Shown: in pieces, positions 8,492-17,599 of the stretch
Layout: the number at the start of each line of letters is the position of its first letter
How positions within the stretch are numbered: the first letter of the stretch is position 1
Virus record (IMG/VR): IMGVR_UViG_3300019458_000024
Location: 82,209 to 146,208 of that record
Length of the DNA: 64,000 nt
DNA from: a virus
Direction: 5' to 3' (one strand)
Program-made: the position numbers and the translations under genes
The notes under the pieces: generated by a model
What the model saw: the letters and a program-made list of their open reading frames with translations, nothing else
Databases searched by the model: none
What the model was told of the DNA's origin: nothing

Positions 8492-9052
8492 ATGAAACAA
8501 AGATGGTTATTGAAAAAGACTTATGCATTGCCTATCCGAGGTTTTTGGTGTAATGAAGGTGACTACACATGGGAAGACTGGCATGAGGAAAACAAGAAGA
8601 AGTATCCCGTCAGGTATTTTCTTCAAGAAGATTTGACAATGTGGTTTAGAGTAAAGATCCGTAACAGAGTTAGCAACGCATGGTACTGGCTTCGCACCCA
8701 CTTGTGGAATCGTTATCACATCATAAACATTAGTAACAAGGCCAATAAATACAACTGGGGCTGGATTGAATGTGACCAAGCAATACTCTATGCTTGCTTT
8801 AAAATTCTCAGTAACTTTGTTGAAAAAGAGATGAAATACAACTGCTATTATGTCCCTGCCACAGAACACTGTCCTGAATGGGATCAGAGGGAGACTGAGA
8901 AAGAGATTCGTGCACTATACCAGTGGTGGACAGAGGAGCGCCCTAAAGAACTTGAAACAGAACGGTATTACGGAGCGGGCGAAGCTGGTGATGCTAAGGA
9001 CAATGAAATGCTAGAAAGGCTGCTCAAAATTCGTAAAAATTTGTGGAGCTAG
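8492..9052 (+). CDS. Trp/Tyr-rich phage hypothetical protein
   Basis: ORF track; ends DNEMLERLLKIRKNLWS. Confidence 0.8.
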   Translation: MKQRWLLKKTYALPIRGFWCNEGDYTWEDWHEENKKKYPVRYFLQEDLTMWFRVKIRNRVSNAWYWLRTHLWNRYHIINISNKANKYNWGWIECDQAILYACFKILSNFVEKEMKYNCYYVPATEHCPEWDQRETEKEIRALYQWWTEERPKELETERYYGAGEAGDAKDNEMLERLLKIRKNLWS

Positions 9053-9053
9053 T

Positions 9054-9395
9054 GTGGAGTACCTTAAAAAGACATTTACCGTAAGTTTAGGGAGTAAAAA
9101 ATACAGTAGCAATTGGGCTAGAGCGTTCGGTCTGTGCCCTGTTTGTGAAAAAAAAGAAGACAAGTGCGTTTGTCCTGAAGAGGATCTTTTGACAGATGAA
9201 GATTTGAATATGATTGAAGAGGCGCAAAGACTTGTACTTGATTTTTTTAAGGGTGATGTTGATAAGGCCACTTTATGGTTTAAGATTGAGAATCCTATGT
9301 TAGGCAACGTATCACCATCCGACATGATCAAATGTGGGAGAATTAAAAAGCTTTTGAGATTTATCAAAACATCTGTTGATGGAGAAGGACCATGA
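9054..9395 (+). CDS. protein with C-terminal MbcA/ParS/Xre antitoxin-like domain
   Basis: FFKGDVDKATLWFKIENPMLGNVSPSDMI matches the A.xW...N..L.g.sP.d pattern. Confidence 0.65.
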   Translation: MEYLKKTFTVSLGSKKYSSNWARAFGLCPVCEKKEDKCVCPEEDLLTDEDLNMIEEAQRLVLDFFKGDVDKATLWFKIENPMLGNVSPSDMIKCGRIKKLLRFIKTSVDGEGP

Positions 9396-9601
9396 TCAAC
9401 CGTAAAATATTGGTGCCCGTACCTGGTAAAACAGGTCCGTGGATGGAAGTAAGAAAACAGCATATTTGGATTTATGGTCCAGATCTTGAAAATGGCGATA
9501 TGCCTATTTGGGCCACGCTTACCAATGATGAAGCTATTCATTTGCGTGATTTGCTTTGCGAGGTATTTGGTCGCCCCCCCTCTGCCTATTGTTCCTGCTA
9601 G
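9392..9601 (+). CDS. hypothetical protein
   Basis: GAAGGA SD; ATGA overlap. Confidence 0.65.
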   Translation: MINRKILVPVPGKTGPWMEVRKQHIWIYGPDLENGDMPIWATLTNDEAIHLRDLLCEVFGRPPSAYCSC

Positions 9602-9661
9602 AAAACCGCATATTAGACATGGACACGATTGTTGTTGTTCTATTTGTATTACGGGGGATGT

Positions 9662-9874
9662 ATGAAATATACAATTGAAACTGATTACTGTGGAATTTTT
9701 GAAGCTAAATGTGATAAGTACCCAGACGTGGCTGGAGTTGGATCAAATCCCATGGCTGCATTACAAAGGTTAGTGGGAAAACTTTTAGATAAATTGGAAG
9801 AAAACGAATTGGAAGACGACGAAATGCTTGATTCTCTTCATGAAGAAGATTGTCTTTGTAAGGAGTGTCGCTAA
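9662..9874 (+). CDS. HicB-like small protein
   Basis: YTIETDYCGIFEAKCDKYPDVAGVGSNPMAAL resembles the HicB N-terminal fold; GGGGG SD. Confidence 0.45.
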   Translation: MKYTIETDYCGIFEAKCDKYPDVAGVGSNPMAALQRLVGKLLDKLEENELEDDEMLDSLHEEDCLCKECR

Positions 9875-9876
9875 TT

Positions 9877-11223
9877 ATGTTTGAGAGTTGGAATAGTTAT
9901 CCAAAGATATGGAATATTGGCCATCCTAAAGCTACAACATTGTTCCAAGGTACTGTAATTGTTGAGGAAAAGCTTGACGGCTGTTTTCCTGGAGAGACAG
10001 TTGTGCACATGGCAGACGGCAGTAAACGTGCTATACGAGAATTGGTTGATAATCGTATAACTGACCCTGTTCGATGTTTCGATCTTGAGAAAAAAGAATA
10101 TACGCAAAGTCCTATTAAAAATTGGTTTTCTTATCCTCAATCCCACAAAAAATCTGTTCGTGTTGTGCTGCAAGGCAGGAACTCGGCGTCAAGGAGTTTT
10201 TTTAGATGCAGTACAGACCACCTTATATTTACTCAAAGAGGGTGGGTACCTGCTTGTAAGTTAAGTTCAGCGGATTCTGTCCTTATCCCAGATAAAGAAT
10301 CATTTTTTATTATGCAGCCTATATATTGTGTAGAGGATGTGGTGTCTACAAGATTTTTTGATATTGAAACAGGCAAACATAATTACTTAGTTTCTGACGA
10401 GGGGGTTTTAGTTCATAATTCTCAGCTATCATTTGGACGATTTGGAGATCAAATCAAAATTAGAAGTAAAGGCAGAGAGTTCGATATTGACGGCCCGGAT
10501 AGTCTTTTTGAAAAGGCTGCAGAGGTTGTGAAAATGCTGGCGCCAAATCTTCACGAAGGTTGGACTTATCGTGGAGAATATCTTGCTAAGCCAAAACACA
10601 ACGCTTTGGCGTATGACCGTATTCCTAATAATCACATTATGATTTTTGATATTGCTACTAATGTAGACAACTACTTAGGCTACGCAGAGAAAAAGATTGA
10701 GGCAAACAGAATTGGCCTTGAAACAGTTCCTGTTTATCTTGTTGGAACTTTTGATAGCGCTATTCCGTTTATGGGCTTGCTTGACCGTATTAGTGTTCTT
10801 GGTGGTCAAAAAATTGAGGGAATTGTTGTAAAGAATTATTCTCAATTCACTACAGATGGTAAGCCCATGATGGGTAAATACGTGTCTGAGCAGTTTAAAG
10901 AGGTTCATGGCCACGAGTGGACTAAGGACAATCCTAAGCCCGTTGACGTATTTGGTGCCATTATAGCTAAATATGTTACAGAGGCTCGCTGGCATAAAGC
11001 AGTGCAGCATATGCGAGAAAAAGGAATGCTAGAGAATTCTCCCCGCGACATTGGCGCTTTAATAAAAGAAGTGAGAGAAGATTTCTCAGTTGAATGCGCT
11101 GATGAGATTAAAGAGGAGCTTTGGCGTTGGTTCATGAAGAAGATAGGGGCAAATGCTGTTACTCGCGGTATTCCTGAATGGTATAAAATGAAACTTCTAG
11201 AAGGGGCTTTTGGTGAGAAATGA
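9877..11223 (+). CDS. Rnl2-like ATP-dependent RNA ligase, intein-containing
   Basis: YPKI, motif I EEKLDG|S, IRSK, RGEY, IFDI, EGIVVK and a helical C-terminal domain. Confidence 0.85.
   Translation: MFESWNSYPKIWNIGHPKATTLFQGTVIVEEKLDGCFPGETVVHMADGSKRAIRELVDNRITDPVRCFDLEKKEYTQSPIKNWFSYPQSHKKSVRVVLQGRNSASRSFFRCSTDHLIFTQRGWVPACKLSSADSVLIPDKESFFIMQPIYCVEDVVSTRFFDIETGKHNYLVSDEGVLVHNSQLSFGRFGDQIKIRSKGREFDIDGPDSLFEKAAEVVKMLAPNLHEGWTYRGEYLAKPKHNALAYDRIPNNHIMIFDIATNVDNYLGYAEKKIEANRIGLETVPVYLVGTFDSAIPFMGLLDRISVLGGQKIEGIVVKNYSQFTTDGKPMMGKYVSEQFKEVHGHEWTKDNPKPVDVFGAIIAKYVTEARWHKAVQHMREKGMLENSPRDIGALIKEVREDFSVECADEIKEELWRWFMKKIGANAVTRGIPEWYKMKLLEGAFGEK
9982..10419 (+). mobile_element. mini-intein (146 aa, no endonuclease) in the RNA ligase
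   Basis: Starts CFPGETVV, block B STDH, ends VLVHN followed by Ser. Confidence 0.92.
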
Positions 11224-11432
11224 CCAGGATTGAAAGACATATTTGGGCTTCTGCATTTGCAACGGAATTCATTAGATTGACCCCAGTTTGGGACAGCACT
11301 TCAGTAGCTTCATGTGCAGGAGTTGCTGATCTTTGTTTAGAGAAGTTTCGAGGATTGATTAGAAGTGAAGACTGTGTTGATATTACTCCCTATAAAGAGG
11401 GAGAGGAATGGACTGCTGAAGATGAAGAATGA
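11220..11432 (+). CDS. hypothetical protein
   Basis: ATGA overlap; ORF track. Confidence 0.65.
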   Translation: MTRIERHIWASAFATEFIRLTPVWDSTSVASCAGVADLCLEKFRGLIRSEDCVDITPYKEGEEWTAEDEE

Positions 11433-11799
11433 CTACAGTTTTGAAGCTTTTAAAAAGGCTTTTCCTAAACTCTTTGAGCAAGGGGTGCGGTGTGGCTTTT
11501 CTTTGCCTAAAGGTTGGGGTCCTATTGTATGGAAACTCTGTGAAAATCTCGATAGCGTTGAACACAGGAACGTGCCTTTAGTCATTGAGCAGGTGAAATC
11601 TAAATTTGGTGGTTTAAGGTTCTACACTAAAGGTGAGACAAAAGAGGATGCCTACCACATCAAGCACATAGAATATACTTCTTATCTGGTGTGTATGTCT
11701 TGTGGTACAACTGAACGTGTGAGTGAAGATTTGGATGAATGGGGTGGGGGTAGGTCTTTTTGTCCTCCATGTAATGAAGAGCGTAAGAATAGGATGTAG
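11422..11799 (+). CDS. phage hypothetical (GW...QVKxKFGxLRFY...CxxCG family)
   Basis: Recognisable QVKSKFGGLRFY motif and two CxxC pairs. Confidence 0.75.
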   Translation: MKNDYSFEAFKKAFPKLFEQGVRCGFSLPKGWGPIVWKLCENLDSVEHRNVPLVIEQVKSKFGGLRFYTKGETKEDAYHIKHIEYTSYLVCMSCGTTERVSEDLDEWGGGRSFCPPCNEERKNRM

Positions 11800-11807
11800 A
11801 ATGACCT
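11794..11807 (+). promoter_or_regulatory. conserved motif, copy 5 (ATGTAGAATGACCT)
   Basis: 13/14 match; followed by AAAGGGA SD and ATG 11826. Confidence 0.8.
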
Positions 11808-11825
11808 TATAGAAAGGGATAAGTT

Positions 11826-12032
11826 ATGTTGAATTTTGGAGTTATAGTCGTTGTTGTTGTTTGTATGGCACTTGCCACTTTTGTAGGTGGTTTTTTTGGT
11901 GCGAGATTTGAAAATTATTGGCTGGCTGCTTTGATAGCCGCTGTAGTTTTGGAATTTGTTAGTTTTTGTATGAAGTTGGGTGATAGTGTCGCGTCGAAAG
12001 AGGACGAGAATACGACGAAAGAAAATAAGTGA
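11826..12032 (+). CDS. small membrane protein
   Basis: Two hydrophobic segments. Confidence 0.7.
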   Translation: MLNFGVIVVVVVCMALATFVGGFFGARFENYWLAALIAAVVLEFVSFCMKLGDSVASKEDENTTKENK

Positions 12033-12033
12033 A

Positions 12034-12321
12034 ATGACTGAAATTACAAATACTCATTTACAGAAGAAGTTTGAATTGCATATTACCTTAAGCAATAAGG
12101 TAGAAATCCAGGGATGGAAAAGCTCATCTATACATGGAGATCCGTTGCTAGGGCCAGCTTTGAAACACTATTTGACGACATATGCCGGAACTAAGGAAGA
12201 GGCGGAAGACAAACTCAAAGACGGACTGCAAGTCCTTTATTTAATGGATAAAAAGCATGAAATTATCAGGGCTAAGATCGAATATATTGTCTTTGACGCG
12301 ATATTTAAGGAAAATAGGTAA
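12034..12321 (+). CDS. hypothetical protein (weak HicB-like TYAGTKEEA motif)
   Basis: ATG 12034 within ORF 11980..12321. Confidence 0.6.
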   Translation: MTEITNTHLQKKFELHITLSNKVEIQGWKSSSIHGDPLLGPALKHYLTTYAGTKEEAEDKLKDGLQVLYLMDKKHEIIRAKIEYIVFDAIFKENR

Positions 12322-12331
12322 AGGCGGTTCT

Positions 12332-12586
12332 ATGAGCGGACTAAGTTCCACTAATGTTAGGATAATGCAGGCTTACGCAGATAAATTTAAGAGAAATTTA
12401 AACAAGGCTCTGGAAGAGTTTGAAAGTGACATGCAAAAGAGGTGCACACATACAGAGGACAACGGTAGAAGCTCTTTGGTTCGTATAGGTGCTTTGTCTA
12501 CGGAAGGTCGTTGTGGGGTCTGCGGAGCGTGTGTCAGTCTTCCTGAAGAGAATAGTGCGCATAAAACGTGGCTAAACAGAAAATAA
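12332..12586 (+). CDS. hypothetical protein (CxH...CxxC)
   Basis: ATG 12332 within ORF 12257..12586. Confidence 0.65.
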   Translation: MSGLSSTNVRIMQAYADKFKRNLNKALEEFESDMQKRCTHTEDNGRSSLVRIGALSTEGRCGVCGACVSLPEENSAHKTWLNRK

Positions 12587-12587
12587 C

Positions 12588-12824
12588 GTGTGGAAGACTG
12601 GTTTATATTTTTTTGGTGTTATTGTTGTTTGTATACTTTTAGCGATAATGGGAATTATTTTGTTGGATTACCACGATGACGCGCCTTTTTGCGATGAGTG
12701 GGCGAAAGTGCTAGTGCCCTGCATAACCGATTCTTTAGTTGATAAAATTTGCCTAGAAAATAAGTGCATACGAATATGTACGAAAGTAAAAGGTTCAGAT
12801 GTTAAAGTTTGCCATGAGCCGTAA
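12588..12824 (+). CDS. membrane-anchored Cys-rich small protein
   Basis: N-terminal TM followed by a Cys-rich tail. Confidence 0.65.
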   Translation: MWKTGLYFFGVIVVCILLAIMGIILLDYHDDAPFCDEWAKVLVPCITDSLVDKICLENKCIRICTKVKGSDVKVCHEP

Positions 12825-12826
12825 TA

Positions 12827-13132
12827 ATGAATAAGAAACTAAATAAAAATCAGATAATTGGAGAAGCGGTAGACACGACTTTTGAAGTGTTGGAGAAGTT
12901 GCAAGTTTTAATAGCTGATTGTATAGATGACGCTTTATATGTCCACGGACGCGCTCCTGAAAGTGCTGGTATTGGAGTTATACACGCTCTGCTCAGAGCG
13001 GCTTCAGGTATAGCTGTGGTTGCTAAGATTAAAAAAGAAGCATTCTTACAATACGCAGGTAGTGTGTTTGATAAAATTGACGATTCTGGGCTAATGTGTT
13101 TAGTTGAAGACGAAAAAGATGTTATTAATTGA
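12827..13132 (+). CDS. hypothetical protein
   Basis: ORF track. Confidence 0.7.
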   Translation: MNKKLNKNQIIGEAVDTTFEVLEKLQVLIADCIDDALYVHGRAPESAGIGVIHALLRAASGIAVVAKIKKEAFLQYAGSVFDKIDDSGLMCLVEDEKDVIN

Positions 13133-13147
13133 AAGGGAAAATGTAAA

Positions 13148-13243
13148 ATGTGTGTCTGCACTGGGGTGGTTGAAGTAGGAATAATAGCTGCTGTTTGTGG
13201 GTTCTGTTCTTGGATTAAGAAGAAGTGCAAGCGGAGCAAGTAA
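13148..13243 (+). CDS. 31-aa hydrophobic/basic Cys-rich peptide (not in ORF track)
   Basis: MCVCTGVVEVGIIAAVCGFCSWIKKKCKRSK*; fills the intergenic gap. Confidence 0.45.
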   Translation: MCVCTGVVEVGIIAAVCGFCSWIKKKCKRSK

Positions 13244-13244
13244 A

Positions 13245-13448
13245 GTGTCTAAGAAGGACAAAACCAAGACTGATAAGTCTCTTGGTGCTTTTGAATTAAT
13301 GGCTTGGGAGCGGATATTTTGTGCTATTTTAGCTTCAGGCAAGTACGAGGTAGACGAAGCCGCTGGCGTAGCGGATTCTGCATTTGAAGAGTATAAAATT
13401 AGAAGTCCTAAAGAAATGTTAGAAAGGAAAAAAGATGGAAAGGTTTAG
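13245..13448 (+). CDS. hypothetical protein
   Basis: GTG 13245 within ORF 13197..13448. Confidence 0.6.
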   Translation: MSKKDKTKTDKSLGAFELMAWERIFCAILASGKYEVDEAAGVADSAFEEYKIRSPKEMLERKKDGKV

Positions 13449-13923
13449 TAAAGATGAGTTGGAGTTCTTTGTAAGAGAATCAAATGCTATTGAGGCTATT
13501 AGACGTGATCCTACGAAAGCAGAACTGGAGGAGGCTGAGCGATTCTTAAAACTAGAACAAGTCACTGTTCAAGATTTAGAGCGGTTTGTTAAAGTATACG
13601 AACCACGCGCGCTATTGCGCTCCAAAAAGGGAATGAATGTAATTATTGGTAAACACACGCCCCCGTCCGGTGGACCTATTATTCCGGATATGCTCATGCA
13701 AATTGTAGAAAATGCCAATAATAGAGAACATCCGTTTGATGTTCATCAAGAATACGAGACACTCCATCCGTTCCTAGATGGCAACGGACGCAGTGGTAGA
13801 ATCCTGTGGGCGTATCAAATGGTGCGCCAAAACTTTTGGCCTAATCTTCAATTAGGTTTTTTACATTGTTGGTATTACCAATCCTTAGACCAAAGTAGAC
13901 GATTGAAAGGTAAAGTAAAGTAA
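13435..13923 (+). CDS. Fic-domain protein (AMPylase-like)
   Basis: Intact catalytic motif HPFLDGNGRSGR. Confidence 0.9.
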   Translation: MERFSKDELEFFVRESNAIEAIRRDPTKAELEEAERFLKLEQVTVQDLERFVKVYEPRALLRSKKGMNVIIGKHTPPSGGPIIPDMLMQIVENANNREHPFDVHQEYETLHPFLDGNGRSGRILWAYQMVRQNFWPNLQLGFLHCWYYQSLDQSRRLKGKVK

Positions 13924-14162
13924 TGTCTGGAAATTCGAAAACTAGAACTAGGTTGTATACTAGGCCGGGTATTAAAACCCACACTGAGGCGGAGCAGGTT
14001 CGTAATGAACTTGTAGCCCAAGGTAAAGTGAAGAACCAGCCTATAGATAAGGTTAAAATTATTTATCGAGCTAACCGTAATGTTTTTGATGTAGTGGCTT
14101 TCGGACCGCAAAGAGAGTCTAAAGAAGAGACACATCAAGACGAACAAGAGAGCGAAGAATAA
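13923..14162 (+). CDS. basic hypothetical protein
   Basis: TAATG coupling on both sides. Confidence 0.7.
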   Translation: MSGNSKTRTRLYTRPGIKTHTEAEQVRNELVAQGKVKNQPIDKVKIIYRANRNVFDVVAFGPQRESKEETHQDEQESEE

Positions 14163-14698
14163 TGCGTCGCATATGGTTAGATATTGAGACTACTGGTCTT
14201 GATATGGAGAAAGATGTAATTCTTGAGGTTGGTATAGTCCTAGCAGACACTTTTGATGTCAGAGCCCGAGCTTCCTGGTTGGTTACCCCAACCTTACAGG
14301 ACTTATCTAATCTTCGTCCTCGCGTAAGGGAGATGCATACTAAGAATGGTCTACTGGAAGAGGTGATGGAGCCAGACACTCTTCCTCTATACGCGGTAGA
14401 AAATCAAATTATAGAATGGCTGAAAGATAACATGCCACCAGAAGACTCCTGGAAGTTGGCGGGCTCTTCTATTCATTTTGATCGTGCTTGCATAGCAAAG
14501 TACATGCCTAAGTTTGAAAATAGGCTTCACTACAGAATGCTCGATGTGTCAAGCATAAAAGAGAGTTTAATGGATTGGGCTCCAGATCTTGTGGAAGCTA
14601 GACCGGACGCGAAGGCTTTACATCGAGCCGTTCCAGACTGTCTAGACTCTCTGGAAGAGTGGCAATACTACAAAACAGTATTGCTTGGTGATTTTTAA
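14162..14698 (+). CDS. orn: oligoribonuclease (DEDDh 3'-5' exonuclease)
   Basis: IWLDIETTGLD, ILEVG, LAGSSIHFDR, LHYRMLDVSSIKE, HRAxxD. Confidence 0.9.
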   Translation: MRRIWLDIETTGLDMEKDVILEVGIVLADTFDVRARASWLVTPTLQDLSNLRPRVREMHTKNGLLEEVMEPDTLPLYAVENQIIEWLKDNMPPEDSWKLAGSSIHFDRACIAKYMPKFENRLHYRMLDVSSIKESLMDWAPDLVEARPDAKALHRAVPDCLDSLEEWQYYKTVLLGDF

Positions 14699-14722
14699 TT
14701 CATCTTTTGATACGATCTTTAT

Positions 14723-14992
14723 GTGTTGAAAGAAAAGAAAAGTCTCGGAGTTAATCATACTTCCGTAGTTAGTAACTCAAACAAAGGTCCTATAAAATGG
14801 TGCAAAGGTAAATCAACCTCTGCACACAATCCATATTGGATAAAGAACAATGATTGGAGCGCCGACACTTGGCAGTTGAAGTGCCGATCGTGCGGCAGAA
14901 CTCTTGGAACCAAACGGATAATTAACGGCGAAGATTCAATAAGTGTTAAGAAATTCAATGGTTATGAGAACTTCCTTGGAGGTCCTAAGTAG
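14723..14992 (+). CDS. hypothetical protein (WCKG...H...CRSCG)
   Basis: ORF track; start uncertain. Confidence 0.6.
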   Translation: MLKEKKSLGVNHTSVVSNSNKGPIKWCKGKSTSAHNPYWIKNNDWSADTWQLKCRSCGRTLGTKRIINGEDSISVKKFNGYENFLGGPK

Positions 14993-14996
14993 GACT

Positions 14997-15269
14997 ATGC
15001 ATACTAGGGAAGAAATACTTATTAGTTTCTTAGAGTTATCTAGTCGTCCTAATAGTTGTCCTGTTTTTGAACTGGAGCCTTTTATGTGGTACAGGAAGAA
15101 AGAAGAAGCAACGCATATTGCTAAAGCGTGTGGAGTGGAAGCTGAATTCCAAGCATTAGCTGGATACATCCATTATGATGATATGCAGTCCGTACAGTCG
15201 TTTTTAGGCGTCACCGACCATTGCATGACTCAATTATTTGAAGAGAATGTAAGGCTTCCTAGAGCTTAA
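14997..15269 (+). CDS. hypothetical protein
   Basis: AGGA SD before ATG 14997. Confidence 0.65.
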   Translation: MHTREEILISFLELSSRPNSCPVFELEPFMWYRKKEEATHIAKACGVEAEFQALAGYIHYDDMQSVQSFLGVTDHCMTQLFEENVRLPRA

Positions 15270-15272
15270 TAG

Positions 15273-15548
15273 ATGAAAGTCGTCGTATACTCTCTTGACG
15301 AGACAGAATCAGATCCGACTCTCATGATGTCAGGAAATGTCGTACCTATCCGACATATAGAAACATGTAAGATATTGTGGGAGGGTAATTTGGACATAGA
15401 TCCTGTAGAGGGTGATATTTTAACTTTGCCAAGTTCTGACACTGAGATTAAAAATATGTATGTAGTTACTCGTATATTTCAATTAGATTTAGAAGAGCCT
15501 ACATTGGCATTGTTTATTTCTACAGATGATGACTCTGAATATTCTTAG
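15273..15548 (+). CDS. hypothetical protein
   Basis: ORF track. Confidence 0.7.
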   Translation: MKVVVYSLDETESDPTLMMSGNVVPIRHIETCKILWEGNLDIDPVEGDILTLPSSDTEIKNMYVVTRIFQLDLEEPTLALFISTDDDSEYS

Positions 15549-15557
15549 TAGATTTTT

Positions 15558-15788
15558 ATGTTTTATACACGCCCTAATGTGGATGCTGTTTTGGAGTGGG
15601 AGACAGAGCAGAAAACAGAACCAATCTCTTTTCGCGATCTAGGTGATTTTCCCCGAATACAGGACTCTCTGATAAAAGAGGGACAAGAGTGCTATTTTTG
15701 TGGTAGTGGTTATTTAGCAGTAACCAGAACTAGAGAGGGGCATCCTATCTGTGAAAAGTGTGTAGAAAATGGCATACCTGGTAGGTAG
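15558..15788 (+). CDS. small zinc-finger protein
   Basis: CYFCG and CEKC pairs. Confidence 0.65.
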   Translation: MFYTRPNVDAVLEWETEQKTEPISFRDLGDFPRIQDSLIKEGQECYFCGSGYLAVTRTREGHPICEKCVENGIPGR

Positions 15789-15789
15789 A

Positions 15790-16059
15790 TTAATCGTTAA
15801 TACTCACTCTTACCTGCTTGCACTCAGTAACACTTATCACACCATAGTGTCGGCCAAAAGTGGTGGCACCGTGATTAACATCTTTGCAAACCTTTAAAGT
15901 TTCTGTGCAAAATACACTTTCTACGTTTCGTGTTTTGAAAAGTGTAACACCTTGAAAACACCAACGTATTTTTTGTGGAACTTTAGGGGTTTTTGTGTTA
16001 ATAGGAACTCTCGCGCAGTGCATACACAGTAGAGATAAAACTAATAATATTTTCATCAC
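15790..16059 (-). CDS. putative secreted/lipoprotein-like protein
   Basis: Only ORF filling the gap; N-terminal signal-like MKILLVLSLLCMHC. Confidence 0.6.
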   Translation of the reverse strand: MMKILLVLSLLCMHCARVPINTKTPKVPQKIRWCFQGVTLFKTRNVESVFCTETLKVCKDVNHGATTFGRHYGVISVTECKQVRVSIND

Positions 16060-16096
16060 TTATATTGAAGCTTAATTATTTGATTTAGTCAATTCT

Positions 16097-16110
16097 GTGT
16101 AGAATGACCT
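16097..16110 (+). promoter_or_regulatory. conserved motif, copy 6
   Basis: Exact match in intergenic DNA after the - strand gene start. Confidence 0.85.
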
Positions 16111-16155
16111 TATTAGAGCAGCCGGTTTCTTTAGTTACAAAGAATGTATGTAAAT

Positions 16156-16320
16156 ATGCGTTTCTACTTACATTATAAAGATCACGAAGGGGTAGAGATT
16201 AAAGAGTACATTCCGTTGGGGAACGGGAAGGATGCCGTTTCATCCTACCGCAGAATTTTGATCCGAAAAGTTCAATTGGTAATAACTATAATACAATCTA
16301 AATTGGTGAACGACGAGTAG
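16156..16320 (+). CDS. 54-aa hypothetical protein (not in ORF track)
   Basis: Manual translation MRFYLHYKDHEGVEIKEYIPLG...VNDE*. Confidence 0.5.
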   Translation: MRFYLHYKDHEGVEIKEYIPLGNGKDAVSSYRRILIRKVQLVITIIQSKLVNDE

Positions 16321-16329
16321 GAGTTTTAT

Positions 16330-16599
16330 ATGAAAAGAGTTTTAATTATTTATGAACTGGTGCCGTTTTCGACAAAAATATTTGATCTCGCAGTCACACC
16401 AGACCAATACGCAAAGATTTTGAAATGCCACGGTCACTACATCAATGGCGGGGATTGGATGAAAGAATGTGAATGGCTGACTGATTTTCTCAATGACTAT
16501 CCTCCAGTATATCAATCAGACGATAAGATTGGGACGTTTCTGCCTTACAAACCAGAAAACAAGTTTGATTTGATCATCGTGACAGGATTGGTGGTATAA
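16330..16599 (+). CDS. hypothetical protein
   Basis: AGGAG SD. Confidence 0.75.
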   Translation: MKRVLIIYELVPFSTKIFDLAVTPDQYAKILKCHGHYINGGDWMKECEWLTDFLNDYPPVYQSDDKIGTFLPYKPENKFDLIIVTGLVV

Positions 16600-16812
16600 G
16601 TGGCGGAGAGGAATCCAATGCGGTCATCTCTCAAACTGTTTCCAGATACAGTTGAGAACCATAAAAAATACGACTGTAAATTCTATGAAAAGTGTCTGGA
16701 TACTGCTTCGGAGAATAATTGGCCACAATTTCATTGTCGATCCTGTAAAGCCTATGAAAAGGAGGAGATAGTTCCAGACGTGTCTGGTTTTTCTATCATT
16801 TTAGATGAATGA
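16600..16812 (+). CDS. small Cys-containing protein
   Basis: DCKFYEKCLD...CRSC. Confidence 0.65.
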   Translation: MAERNPMRSSLKLFPDTVENHKKYDCKFYEKCLDTASENNWPQFHCRSCKAYEKEEIVPDVSGFSIILDE

Positions 16813-17599
16813 TAATAAGAAAAATAATGCAGAAGCACATTGGCGCAGTCAGCCTGAGTATGTAGAACATGTAGGAAAAATGAAGCAGATTATGCTTCCT
16901 GTATACAGGGACGCTACAGACAATACTGCATGTTTTGGATGGTTATGGATAGATGATGGTATTGTGTGTGATCAAGTGGACTGTGGTCTCCGTTCTTACT
17001 GTAAACAAACTTGGCAACTAGCTCAAGTGGCTAAAGCGGAGTCTGTGTCCTTTGAAAAGGAACTTACCTACACCGAAATATATAAAAAGGATCTTGTTAG
17101 CAAGACGCATTCTAAAAAGAAAAACTCCGTAAACAGAGGAAAGTATAAAAACTCTCCTTTATACAATAGAAAAGGTTATTGTGATCAGGGGCGTTTGGTG
17201 GATAGGTTAGTGACGCGCTTTAAAGAGACTATAGGAACCTATGAAACGCCTCCATCCGATTGGCGACCTGCTAAGAAAACTGTAGGTAAAGTAGCTATAA
17301 AAGCTACAGCCAGTTACCATTCTCTAATTGTCAATGGTGTGATAGTGGCGAGAATATGGACTGATTCTTCTAAAGTGGCGACTATAGATATTGTTCCAGA
17401 ATTGGTTACATCTATGGTGCACTTGGTCAAAAGTATCAAATCTCTCAATGATTCGCAAAAAGATTCAATAAACATGCCAACTAAGATTCCAGACACTTGT
17501 TTAAATAAGACTAGGCCATGTACTCACAGAGTTTCAGTGACTACAGAAAGTTCAATTGTTAAGGTAGCGAACACTATAAAATATAGATTTCAATTTTAA
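16805..17599 (+). CDS. basic hypothetical protein
   Basis: 264-aa ORF. Confidence 0.75.
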   Translation: MNDNKKNNAEAHWRSQPEYVEHVGKMKQIMLPVYRDATDNTACFGWLWIDDGIVCDQVDCGLRSYCKQTWQLAQVAKAESVSFEKELTYTEIYKKDLVSKTHSKKKNSVNRGKYKNSPLYNRKGYCDQGRLVDRLVTRFKETIGTYETPPSDWRPAKKTVGKVAIKATASYHSLIVNGVIVARIWTDSSKVATIDIVPELVTSMVHLVKSIKSLNDSQKDSINMPTKIPDTCLNKTRPCTHRVSVTTESSIVKVANTIKYRFQF

